NCBI GenBank assembly: GCA_016720145.1
Contig: JADJXV010000007.1
Location: 183,634-247,633 of the forward strand
DNA from: Ignavibacteria bacterium
GTDB taxonomy: Bacteria; Bacteroidota; Ignavibacteria; Kapaibacteriales; UBA961
Length of the DNA: 64,000 bases
Direction: 5' to 3'
Positions 28,782 to 37,455 of the stretch are shown in pieces; position 1 is the first letter of the stretch; each line of letters begins with the position of its first letter. The notes below the pieces were generated by a model. It was not told the origin of the DNA and searched no databases. It worked only from the letters and a program-made list of their open reading frames with translations. The position numbers and the translations under genes are program-made.

Positions 28782-29942
28782 ATGAACGACCCCAAAATCT
28801 ACACAGGCTTCGCAACAAAAGCAATACATATCGGCCAAGAACCCGAGGCAACGACCGGCGCAGTGACGGTGCCTCTCTTTCAGACCTCGACCTACGCGCA
28901 GGAAGAAATAGGTAAACACAAGGGTTTTGAATACGCCCGCACGCACAATCCGACACGTTTCGCGTGGGAGAAAAATCTCGCCGCGCTTGAGGGTGGCATC
29001 GCTGCCTTCGCCTTCGGAAGCGGTCTTGCAGCCGAAGATTCTTTGATGAAATTGCTTTCTTCCGGCGACCATGTATTGTGCGCTGAAGATATGTACGGCG
29101 GTACATTTCGACTCTTCGATAAAATCTTAACTCGTTTTGGAATAACGTTTTCGTATGTGAATATGACCGACCTGAATTCTGTGAAATCAGCCATGCAGCC
29201 GAATACAAAAATGATCTATACAGAGTCACCGACGAACCCGATGATGACGCTCACCGACCTCGCAGCTGTCGCAGAGATCGCTCATTCTCACAACGCTATG
29301 ATGGTGGTTGACAATACCTTCGCAAGTCCGTATTTCCAGCAACCACTTGCACTTGGCGCAGATATCGTGATTCATTCAGCAACGAAATACCTCGGTGGGC
29401 ACTCCGACCTCGTGAGTGGAATTGTCACGACTAATCATCAGGATATCGCCGATCAATTAAAATTCATCCAAAATGCAGCAGGAGCCGTGCCGGGCCCGTT
29501 TGAATGCTGGCTGCTGCTCCGTTCGACCAAGACACTCGCCGTGCGCATGAAACAGCATGAGAAGAATGCACTTGCTGTGGCGCGCTACTGTGAGAATCAT
29601 CCAAAAGTGCAGAAGATATTCTATCCGGGCTTAGAGTCACATCCACAGCACGAGCTTGCAAAACGTCAGATGAAGGGTTTTGGCGGGATGATTTCCATCG
29701 AACTCGGTTCGCTCGAAAACGCGAAAAATTTCGCAAAAGCAATTCGCATCTTCACTCTTGCTGAGTCGCTTGGTGGTGTAGAGTCGCTTGTGTGCCATCC
29801 TGTGTCGATGACTCATGGAAGCATTCCCAAAGAAAAGCGCGACCAACTTGGAGTGACCGATGGTCTCGTGCGGCTCTCGTGTGGAATTGAAGACATCGAA
29901 GATTTGCTTGCGGATATTGAGCAAGCACTTGATAAGGTGTGA
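28782..29942 (+). CDS. Cys/Met-metabolism PLP enzyme (cystathionine gamma-synthase/beta-lyase/gamma-lyase family)
   Basis: 386 aa with the PLP-lysine motif SATKYLGGHSD. Typical family length and termini. Confidence 0.85.
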   Translation: MNDPKIYTGFATKAIHIGQEPEATTGAVTVPLFQTSTYAQEEIGKHKGFEYARTHNPTRFAWEKNLAALEGGIAAFAFGSGLAAEDSLMKLLSSGDHVLCAEDMYGGTFRLFDKILTRFGITFSYVNMTDLNSVKSAMQPNTKMIYTESPTNPMMTLTDLAAVAEIAHSHNAMMVVDNTFASPYFQQPLALGADIVIHSATKYLGGHSDLVSGIVTTNHQDIADQLKFIQNAAGAVPGPFECWLLLRSTKTLAVRMKQHEKNALAVARYCENHPKVQKIFYPGLESHPQHELAKRQMKGFGGMISIELGSLENAKNFAKAIRIFTLAESLGGVESLVCHPVSMTHGSIPKEKRDQLGVTDGLVRLSCGIEDIEDLLADIEQALDKV

Positions 29943-29973
29943 GTTACTGGACAATTAGTCTATGACACGAATC

Positions 29974-30073
29974 TGTCATTCTGAGTGAGTCTTCGAGCGA
30001 AGAATCGACGATTGCAGTACAGAAAAGCACGTCGGTAAAGCATGCGGCGATTCTTCGATTCTCTCAGAATGAC
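29974..30073. repeat. GTCATTCTGAG...CGAAGAATC-type long inverted repeat (about 100-nt hairpin)
   Basis: TGTCATTCTGAG (29974-29985) pairs with CTCAGAATGACA (30062-30073). CGAAGAATCG (29998-30007) pairs with CGATTCTTCG (30047-30056). Confidence 0.75.
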
Positions 30074-30126
30074 AACGAATAACACTCACAACTTTATTTA
30101 TATTATGTAGTTATAGGAACCAATTC

Positions 30127-31023
30127 ATGACCTTCCCCGACGCTATCCGACAATTTCTTGACTATTGCGACTCTGAGCGGAGCTTTTCCGGGCTCACGAC
30201 CGAGACGTATCGGATCGCGCTTGCGGACTTTATCGATTTTTTGCGCGAAGGGTTCGACGAGCTTCCCGAGGTGGAATCGATCCGCACCGAGGACATCCGT
30301 CCATTCTTAGGTTGGTTGCATGACAATGGGTTAGTCAAGAAATCACTAAAAGTCAAAATCGCTGCCGTGAAGTCATTTTTCCTGTTTCTAGCCAAGAAAA
30401 AGATAATTCTCAAGAATCCCGCTCTCTTAATTTCAATTCCCAAAAGCGAACAAAAGCTTCCGTCCTTCCTGCAGCATGAGGAAATTATGGCGTTTTTTTC
30501 GCAGTTTGACACGTCCACTCCTGAGGGTGCGCGCGACTCTGCCCTTGCCGAACTCCTCTATTCCTGCGGCCTGCGAATAAGCGAATGTCTGAATCTCCGT
30601 ATTTCCGATATTGATACGCATGCTTTCACGGTAAAAGTCATGGGCAAGGGCCGCAAACAGCGCATTGTGCCGGTAGGTAAAGTGGCGATGGCGGCAATGG
30701 CGGCGTATCTCAATCAGCGCCATACATTTGTGACATCTGCATCAGAGAATTACGTGTTTTTGGGGAAGAAGGGAAGTAGAATGAATCCTGGCGTGGCGTA
30801 CTCCATCATTCACAATGCGATGAGCAGTGTTACGGAGGCGACGCAGAAGAGTCCGCACATTCTCCGTCATTCTTTTGCCACGCACTTACTTGATAATGGC
30901 GCAGATATTTCGGCGGTGAGCGAGATGCTTGGTCACAGTTCGCTGAGTTCGACACAGATTTACACGCATGTTTCGATCGAGCGATTGAAGAGTGCGTATA
31001 AGTCGGCGCATCCGAAGGCGTGA
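30127..31023 (+). CDS. xerC: tyrosine site-specific recombinase, XerC/XerD family
   Basis: 298 aa with ARDSALAELLYSCGLRISE, HILRHSFATHLL and LGHSSLSSTQIYTHV (R-H-R-Y catalytic pattern). Confidence 0.85.
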   Translation: MTFPDAIRQFLDYCDSERSFSGLTTETYRIALADFIDFLREGFDELPEVESIRTEDIRPFLGWLHDNGLVKKSLKVKIAAVKSFFLFLAKKKIILKNPALLISIPKSEQKLPSFLQHEEIMAFFSQFDTSTPEGARDSALAELLYSCGLRISECLNLRISDIDTHAFTVKVMGKGRKQRIVPVGKVAMAAMAAYLNQRHTFVTSASENYVFLGKKGSRMNPGVAYSIIHNAMSSVTEATQKSPHILRHSFATHLLDNGADISAVSEMLGHSSLSSTQIYTHVSIERLKSAYKSAHPKA

Positions 31024-31060
31024 AGTAGGGGATTACCATTCTATTAAGATATCTCAAAAC

Positions 31061-31092
31061 AAAAAGCCCACGATCCTCATCGCGGGCTTTTT
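31061..31092 (+). terminator. rho-independent terminator after xerC
   Basis: Stem GCCCACGAT/ATCGCGGGC (one mismatch), loop CCTC, then T5. Confidence 0.65.
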
Positions 31093-31113
31093 CATTACTT
31101 CTCTATCCTCTAA

Positions 31114-31815
31114 CGGCGCGGGGGGGGCGGCTCCCCCTCGCGGGGCCGCGGCCCCCCTTTTCCGTGGGGGAGAAGGGGGCTTTTGCCGGAGTCCCCCCCC
31201 CCCCCTGGTGGGCCCCCCCCCCCTTGCCCGCAGGGGGACAATTTGTAGGTTGGTTGGCCTTTGGTTTTCCCCCCCCCTCGCCCCGCTTGCCCGCACTATT
31301 CCCCCCGGCCCCCCCCCCCCCACACCCCCCCGGTGTTTGCGGACCCAGCGCGCTCTGGGCGGGGGGCTGCGGCGGGGTTTTGTTTGTTCTCCCTGTCTGG
31401 AGGGTTTTTTTTTTTTTTTTTTTTTTTCTCTTTTATTCCCTTGCCTTGGCCCTTGTTTTTGTTTCGGTCCTGGCCCCCGCCCCGCGCGGGCCACCCCCCC
31501 CGCCCCCCCCCCGGCCCGTACGGCCCCCCCCCCGCCGGCCGGGCGGCCGGGGGTGTTCGTAAGCTATTGCCCCCGCAACCAACCCCCCGCCGCCCCCCGC
31601 ACGGGGGACCGGCCCCCCCCCCCTTTGCCCACCCCCCCGGCCCGGCCGGGGGGAGGGAAGGGGATAAAAAATCCCCAAGGGGGCCTCCCCCCCCTGCCCC
31701 GGCCCCCCCTACCCCCCCCCCAAAACAAAAAGGGCCCCGGCCCGCCCGGGCCCCGCCCGGCCCCGGGCGGGGGACCTTCCCCCCCCCCCGCCCCCCCGCC
31801 CCCCCCATTGAGGGT
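31114..31815. other. anomalous G/C homopolymer-rich low-complexity tract with an internal T23 run
   Basis: Read directly: C runs up to 13 nt (31193-31205), many runs of 8 or more, G runs at the 5' end, and T23 at 31405-31427. The flanks have ordinary composition. All overlapping ORFs are Pro/Gly/Arg low complexity. Confidence 0.9.
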
Positions 31816-31828
31816 TTTTAAGGAATTT

Positions 31829-31885
31829 GGACTGCCATGGGTGACCGCCGGCTCCTGGCTTAGAATATGCTAGACGGGGAATCAA
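31829..31885 (+). repeat. REP-like intergenic repeat, diverged copy D
   Basis: GGACTGCCATGGGTGACCGCCGGCTCCTGG... shares the GGGTGACCGC core. It lies directly after the tkt C-terminal subunit stop. Confidence 0.4.
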
Positions 31886-32893
31886 TTACCCCGCATACTG
31901 CTCTACATCACGTACTTTCCGGAAGCCGACCGAACCCTTATCACGGCGTTCGATAGCTTTCAGAGCGGAGGCGTAGATTTCTTTCCACGTGAGGCCGAAT
32001 TTAATCATCAGTTCTTCCGGCTCGCCGCTGCCGCCAAAGCTGTCTTTGACGCCGACGAATTCAATCGGAACAGGCGAGTTTTTCGCTGTGACTTCGGCTA
32101 CTGCACCGCCGAGACCGCCGTGTACTTGGTGTTCTTCGGCTGTGACAATTGCGCCGCATTCGCGGGCTGCCGTCACGGTCGTTTCTACATCGAATGGCTT
32201 GATGGACGGATTGTTGATCACTCGTGCCTGAATGCCACGTTTTGCCAGCTCTTGAGCAGCAATCATTGCTTCCCAAACCAATGCACCGCAAGCAATTAGA
32301 GCTACATCATTACCTTCACGGATAACGAGCGCTCTGCCAATTTGAAAAGGGGTGCTTTCGGTGGTAAAGAGTGGAACTGGTGAACGTCCAAAGCGGATAT
32401 ACGCCGGTCCGACCATTTCGCCCATTGCTACGGTCGCCTTGCGTGCTTCGAGGAAGTCGCAGGGAACGAGCATGGTCATGTGGGGAAGTGTACGCAGGAA
32501 CGCAACTTCTTCTAAAACCTGATGTGTAGCGCCGTCAGGTCCAACGCTGATCCCGGCATGACCGCCACCGATTTTCACATTTGCTTCGTTGTAGTACACG
32601 GATATGCGGAGTTGGTCGGCATTACGAAGAGCGCAGAAGGCGCCGTAGCTTGCAAAGAAGGGTACTTTGCCGGAGAGTGCGAGACCTGTTGCGATGGTGG
32701 TCGCGTTTTGTTCGGCGATACCTATAGAAAAGAAGCGATCGGGGAATTTATCTTTGAACATTGATGTCATCACCGACCCTGTGATATCACCGCCGAGGAC
32801 GACGACATTTTCGTTGCGTTCACCAAGGATTACGAGCGCTTCACCGAAGCCGTGTCGTGTGGGTTTTGAACCTAATAATGTATATTCTTGCAT
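31886..32893 (-). CDS. transketolase, C-terminal (pyrimidine-binding) subunit
   Basis: 335 aa. FFSIGIAEQNATTIATGLA and the overall pattern fit split-transketolase subunit B. Confidence 0.9.
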   Translation of the reverse strand: MQEYTLLGSKPTRHGFGEALVILGERNENVVVLGGDITGSVMTSMFKDKFPDRFFSIGIAEQNATTIATGLALSGKVPFFASYGAFCALRNADQLRISVYYNEANVKIGGGHAGISVGPDGATHQVLEEVAFLRTLPHMTMLVPCDFLEARKATVAMGEMVGPAYIRFGRSPVPLFTTESTPFQIGRALVIREGNDVALIACGALVWEAMIAAQELAKRGIQARVINNPSIKPFDVETTVTAARECGAIVTAEEHQVHGGLGGAVAEVTAKNSPVPIEFVGVKDSFGGSGEPEELMIKFGLTWKEIYASALKAIERRDKGSVGFRKVRDVEQYAG

Positions 32894-32918
32894 TGTACTT
32901 ACTTATAATTATGATTGA

Positions 32919-33549
32919 TTATTTTGCTTTTTTCAATAGACCTTCAATATTCACTTTATCGAGTACGCGGGACAAATCTCCGTTTTTCTCGGTCATATTC
33001 TTGCCTTCGATTTCGATGCCGAAGCGTTTGGCGACAAGCACCGCAAGCATTCCGTTTTTAGTAGCATCATTATACACTTTATAGCCAAAGCCATTCGGTA
33101 AATTGAGTTTTTCGACGGTCACTCCTACTTCAGTCGTTGGAATTTCATACGTACGGGCTGCCAGAATTGCACTTCCTCCATAATCAGTAATCCCGACTGT
33201 AATGGTCGTACCATCCGAAAGTATATACTCGCCAAGTGTTTTCGACCAATTATATCCTTCTTTATTCACTCTAGCTGTAGAGGATGATAATGTAGTCCCA
33301 AGGTCTGATGGAAGAAATCCAACTAAAGTCTTTCCGGGGTATGGGTTCTATTTTCTTCAACGTTAACTCTAATAGTTCTTTACTTTTTACCTCAAGTGCT
33401 ATTACAGATTTCGAAACTGAATCCTGCTCTGCATTTTTCACATCCGACTGCGGAGCTGGTTGCTCTTTTTGAGGGTCCACACATCCGGATACAAAGGAGC
33501 ATGCGAAAACGAAAGCGATTGTAATTCCTATGGTTAGCGAATATTTCAC
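32919..33549 (-). pseudogene. lipoprotein of unknown function, frameshifted in a G4/C4 run (33336-33339)
   Basis: Lipobox FVSGC in the upstream fragment. Removing one C from the run joins ...LKKIEPIP to GKTLVGFLPSDLGTTLSSSTARVNKEGYNW... The GTG start overlaps the tkt-N stop (GTGA). Confidence 0.55.
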
Positions 33550-34328
33550 AGGACTAATTCCCCGAGGGCTTGTTCAGCTTGTTCTGCATTCGGTGGGTTT
33601 CCGTGCCATTTATAATTATCTTCCATAAACGACACTCCGCGTCCCATATAAGTTTTTGCTATAATTGCAGTTGGCTTGCCGGTGCCATTGGTGCTATTTG
33701 CGATGAATTTATCAAATGCTGCCATGATTTCGTCGAAATTATGACCATCAATGACGATTGTTTCAAAGCCAAATGCCACACATTTATCGACGATAGGATA
33801 GACATCCATCACTTCTTTAATGCGGCCGTCGATCTGACAGTCGTTGTTGTCAATTATCCAACAATAATTATCTAACCCAAAGTGAGAAACAGACATAGCA
33901 GCTTCCCAAACTGAACCTTCCTGTAATTCACCGTCACCGGTCAACGTAAATACACGTCTGTCTGATTTGTCTAATAATTTATCACTCATAGCCATTCCGA
34001 CGGCGATTGATATACCTTGTCCGAGCGAACCTGACGATGTTTCGATGCCGGGAAGCCCCATATCACGTCCGGGGTGACCTTGGAGTCGGGTGTTGTATTT
34101 CCGAAGCGTGGCGAGTTCGCTTTTGGGGAAGAACCCCGCGTTTGCCATCGCTGCGTACTGCACCGGACACATGTGACCTGCGCTCAGTACGAATCGGTCG
34201 CGACCTTCCCAGTGAGGATTGTCTGCTTGGTGGCGCATCACGCCGCCCATATACAACGCTGCAAATACATCAGCTATTCCAAGTGGACCGCCGCTGTGAC
34301 CAGACTTTGCCAAGAGTAGCATTTTCAT
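33546..34328 (-). CDS. transketolase, N-terminal (TPP-binding) subunit
   Basis: SGHSGGPLG and GDGELQEG...DNN (TPP motif). A conserved N-terminal helix continues upstream of the first ATG with no canonical start codon (see findings). Confidence 0.85.
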   Translation of the reverse strand: MKMLLLAKSGHSGGPLGIADVFAALYMGGVMRHQADNPHWEGRDRFVLSAGHMCPVQYAAMANAGFFPKSELATLRKYNTRLQGHPGRDMGLPGIETSSGSLGQGISIAVGMAMSDKLLDKSDRRVFTLTGDGELQEGSVWEAAMSVSHFGLDNYCWIIDNNDCQIDGRIKEVMDVYPIVDKCVAFGFETIVIDGHNFDEIMAAFDKFIANSTNGTGKPTAIIAKTYMGRGVSFMEDNYKWHGNPPNAEQAEQALGELVL

Positions 34329-34466
34329 AATATCGCGACGGATTTCATTCGCAATTTCCGTGAGCTCTTGCGGTGTGCGCCGTCTGTTTTCAAAACTTAT
34401 ATCGCTAAATTCTACGTTCAGACCGGGGTCTATCTTGTAGGAGTACTTTTTTGTATTACACCTCAG

Positions 34467-36167
34467 TTAATTCTTCCAGCTATCCAACCATTGCTCTGCT
34501 TCTTCGATTATTCCATCCAAGCATTCCGGCTCAAACGGTGAGTGCATATTCCCGGCTTTTACGATTTCAAGAAATGTTTTGCTGCCGCCGATTTCACAGA
34601 TTCTGATATAATCTTTAAGCGCTTCGTCCATATTTTTACGAGACTTACTCCAGATTTGCAGAGCGCAAATCTGAGCGAAGGCGTAGTCGATATAATAGAA
34701 CGGCGAGGCGTAGATGTGTTTTTGGAATTGCCAGAGAGCGCCTTCTTCAGCGTATGGTAAGTCTTCGTAAATTCTCCATGGGAGGTATTTATGTTCCATT
34801 TCGTGCCATTTGCTTTTGCGGTCAGCCGGTGTCGCCGTTGGATTTTCATAGACCCAATGCTGGAATTCATCGACAGCGCAGCAATAGGGGAGGAACATCA
34901 ACGAACGGAGCAAGTGGTAGAATTGGAATTTTGAGGTTTGGGCGCCGAAGAATTTATCCATCCAATTCCAGGTCAAATATTCCATTCCCATAGAGTGGAT
35001 TTCACATGCTTCATACGTGGGGAAGATATAGTCAATTACCTTATTATTTCTGCTCTTATATGCCTGAAATGCATGTCCTGCTTCGTGTGTGAGCACTTCC
35101 ACATCGTGCGTGGTACCGTTAAAATTAGAAAAGATAAACGGAACACCGTAGCTTGGGAAATTCGTGCAATAGCCGCCGACTGCTTTATTCGGACGGGTTA
35201 CGAGATCCATTAATTCTCTATCTATCATCATATTAAAGAATTCTTCCGTTTGCGGGGAGAGTTCTGAATACATCTGTTTTGCTTGTGCTACGATCCATTC
35301 GGGATTCCCTTGAGCAGTAGGATTACCTTCAGGAAAGTGGAGAATTTCATCATGAAAGCGTAATTCATCGACACCTAAGCGGTCGGCTTGGATTTTACGT
35401 TGTTTGCTGATGAGCGGAACAATCTTTTCGTGCACATACTTACGAAAGCGTGCTACTTCTTCGGGCGAATACTCGTAGCGTCCCATTTCAAGATAGCGGA
35501 ATTCGACGAAATTTTTGAATCCGAGCTCTTGAGCCATCTGATGACGCAGCTTTACCATATCATCATAAATCTGATCTAGGTCTTGTTTGTTGTCTTCCAA
35601 AAAGTTGAATTTGGCTTGTTGTGCTTTTTTGCGGGTGTCGCGGTTGGGGTCGAGTAATTTACGTTCAAGGCGGGAAAGGTTGAATGTTTCTCCATCGAGT
35701 TCGATTTCAGCGCTTGCCAGAATTCCATCATATTGCTTAGTGAGCTCAGCTTGCTTGATGAGCATTGGCTTGATTTCGTTTTTAAATGTTTTGACCGTTT
35801 GCTCGAGATTTTGGATAAAGAGCGAACCCCATTCTGCTTCAATTTCCTTTAAAAATTTCGACGCTAGTACAGTTTTAACAAAATTCTGACTCCATTCGGC
35901 GATTGTCGGTGAATTTTCATCCATGAATTTTCTCTCAGCTAACGCCCAATCATCCTTCACATTTAGCGTAAATCGTACATGAGCAATGCTTGTGTTGGTC
36001 GATAAGATTGTACGCAAAGCATTCCATTCTGCAATAATAGCATTTTGTGCTTGTGCAGTAGTCGCTGCAGCGAACCTTTCAATTAAATCTATGTGTTCAC
36101 TTTTAAGCTTTTCTAAGTTAGGACGCTCGTACGGAAATTCAGAAAATTTCAAAGATTTGCTCGTCAT
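34467..36167 (-). CDS. pepF: M3B-family oligoendopeptidase F
   Basis: 566 aa with the zinc motif HEAGHAF and typical PepF length. Confidence 0.8.
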   Translation of the reverse strand: MTSKSLKFSEFPYERPNLEKLKSEHIDLIERFAAATTAQAQNAIIAEWNALRTILSTNTSIAHVRFTLNVKDDWALAERKFMDENSPTIAEWSQNFVKTVLASKFLKEIEAEWGSLFIQNLEQTVKTFKNEIKPMLIKQAELTKQYDGILASAEIELDGETFNLSRLERKLLDPNRDTRKKAQQAKFNFLEDNKQDLDQIYDDMVKLRHQMAQELGFKNFVEFRYLEMGRYEYSPEEVARFRKYVHEKIVPLISKQRKIQADRLGVDELRFHDEILHFPEGNPTAQGNPEWIVAQAKQMYSELSPQTEEFFNMMIDRELMDLVTRPNKAVGGYCTNFPSYGVPFIFSNFNGTTHDVEVLTHEAGHAFQAYKSRNNKVIDYIFPTYEACEIHSMGMEYLTWNWMDKFFGAQTSKFQFYHLLRSLMFLPYCCAVDEFQHWVYENPTATPADRKSKWHEMEHKYLPWRIYEDLPYAEEGALWQFQKHIYASPFYYIDYAFAQICALQIWSKSRKNMDEALKDYIRICEIGGSKTFLEIVKAGNMHSPFEPECLDGIIEEAEQWLDSWKN

Positions 36168-36378
36168 TATTGTATTTATAAAATTGAAAAATAACAGGTT
36201 AATTTATTTCTTTAATTTTGTGGAACTGCAAATTTAGCAAAAGTTTAGGTTCTTTGGAAAGCGAAGGTGCTTTTCTTTACACTCAATTGCCGTTTTTTTT
36301 TAGAACTCTCCCATATTAAGAGGATAAATTATTTAGAAATTTGATGAATTTATTCTTTTCAATATAGCTCCTCATTTT

Positions 36379-37071
36379 ATGAATCCCTTTTCTCGACTAC
36401 AATTCAGTATTTCGGGTTTTGACGCGTTAGTTTGCCTTGATGGAGTATTGCCGTTTCAACCTGAATTTTACGAACATTTCACGACAAATTCTATCATTGC
36501 AGCTGACGGTGCATCATTACAACTAAGGTCGTTGGGTGTTACACCCGGTTCAATTATTGGCGACCTTGACAGCTTTTACCTTTCAGCTTCTAATGAAGAT
36601 TTCCCGAATTCATCAATTCTCTACAGTCCGGATCAGGAAACGAATGATTTCGAAAAATGTCTCGCGTATTGTCTAAAGCTAGGAATTACATCCGTGTTAA
36701 TTTGTGGGTTTCATGGTGGATTACTTGAACATTCCCTCAACAACTGGAGTGTGTTTATTCGATATTCGAAAATCATGGATTTATGTATTTATGAGTCCAA
36801 CAGATATAGTATTCCGTTACACCAATCTATTGTATTTTCATCTAATTCACTTGAGATAATCTCTTTAATTCCTCAGACTTCGGTGCGAGTTACGACCCAA
36901 GGTCTTCAATGGGAACTCTCGAATGAATGGCTATCGTTAGGGACTCGTGAAGGGGCTCGTAACCGAGCAATTGCTGAGGATATTTCTATCGAAATACACG
37001 AAGGTTCACTTCTATTTATTTGTGATGAGCGTTTTCCACAAAGACCGGTATTTACGCAGTCTATTAATTGA
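36379..37071 (+). CDS. thiN: thiamine pyrophosphokinase
   Basis: IIAADGASLQL...GVTPGSIIGDLDS is the TPK catalytic-domain motif. 230 aa. Confidence 0.7.
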   Translation: MNPFSRLQFSISGFDALVCLDGVLPFQPEFYEHFTTNSIIAADGASLQLRSLGVTPGSIIGDLDSFYLSASNEDFPNSSILYSPDQETNDFEKCLAYCLKLGITSVLICGFHGGLLEHSLNNWSVFIRYSKIMDLCIYESNRYSIPLHQSIVFSSNSLEIISLIPQTSVRVTTQGLQWELSNEWLSLGTREGARNRAIAEDISIEIHEGSLLFICDERFPQRPVFTQSIN

Positions 37072-37119
37072 AAGGTAAATAATCTCGCTTCACAATCTAT
37101 GACAACAAATTAACTCTAG

Positions 37120-37415
37120 GCTTTTATCTTTACTATCTTCTATAAATTTAAAATATCTTTATGTAAGAATAGAATTAGGGTGTGGATAAGTGGAAAACTC
37201 AGTTGATAAGTATTTATAAGCTATTAATAGGGTGTAGGTTAGTAGATTATTACCATAAATAAATGGTGTGGAAATCAATGTTGAAAAAGTAATACTTATT
37301 AACTGCAGTGTGGATTATTGATTCCATTGTACACTTTTCAAGTTTTATATTCACATAATGAGAGTCGATTTCCACTCAATTTGGGGATAAGTGTATAACG
37401 TGGTGGAAAACTATT
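37120..37415. other. candidate replication origin: DnaA-box cluster plus AT-rich repeats
   Basis: TGTGGATAA at 37181-37189 (9/9), TGTGGATTA at 37309-37317 (8/9) and TGGGGATAA at 37382-37390 (8/9). The 7/9 sites are 37189-37197, 37201-37209, 37267-37275 and 37402-37410. One inverted AGTGGAAAT-type site lies at 37368-37376. AT-rich ATCTTTA repeats lie at 37120-37165. Confidence 0.4.
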
Positions 37416-37455
37416 TATTCATGTAATGCTTTTAGAGATAATACTATTAGACAAT

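Noticed and set aside
30992-31873. Long ORFs (293, 186, 170, 146, 132 and 81 aa) on both strands across the G/C homopolymer tract
   Set aside because: All are Pro/Gly/Arg/Ala low-complexity strings produced by composition. They have no start context and no domain-like pattern, and they overlap one another in several frames.
30127-31900. Integron or integrative element centred on the tyrosine recombinase
   Set aside because: The protein has ordinary XerC/XerD length and motifs. There are no attC-like cassette array, no phage or conjugation genes and no flanking tRNA. Only the 13-bp repeat noted in the findings remains unexplained.
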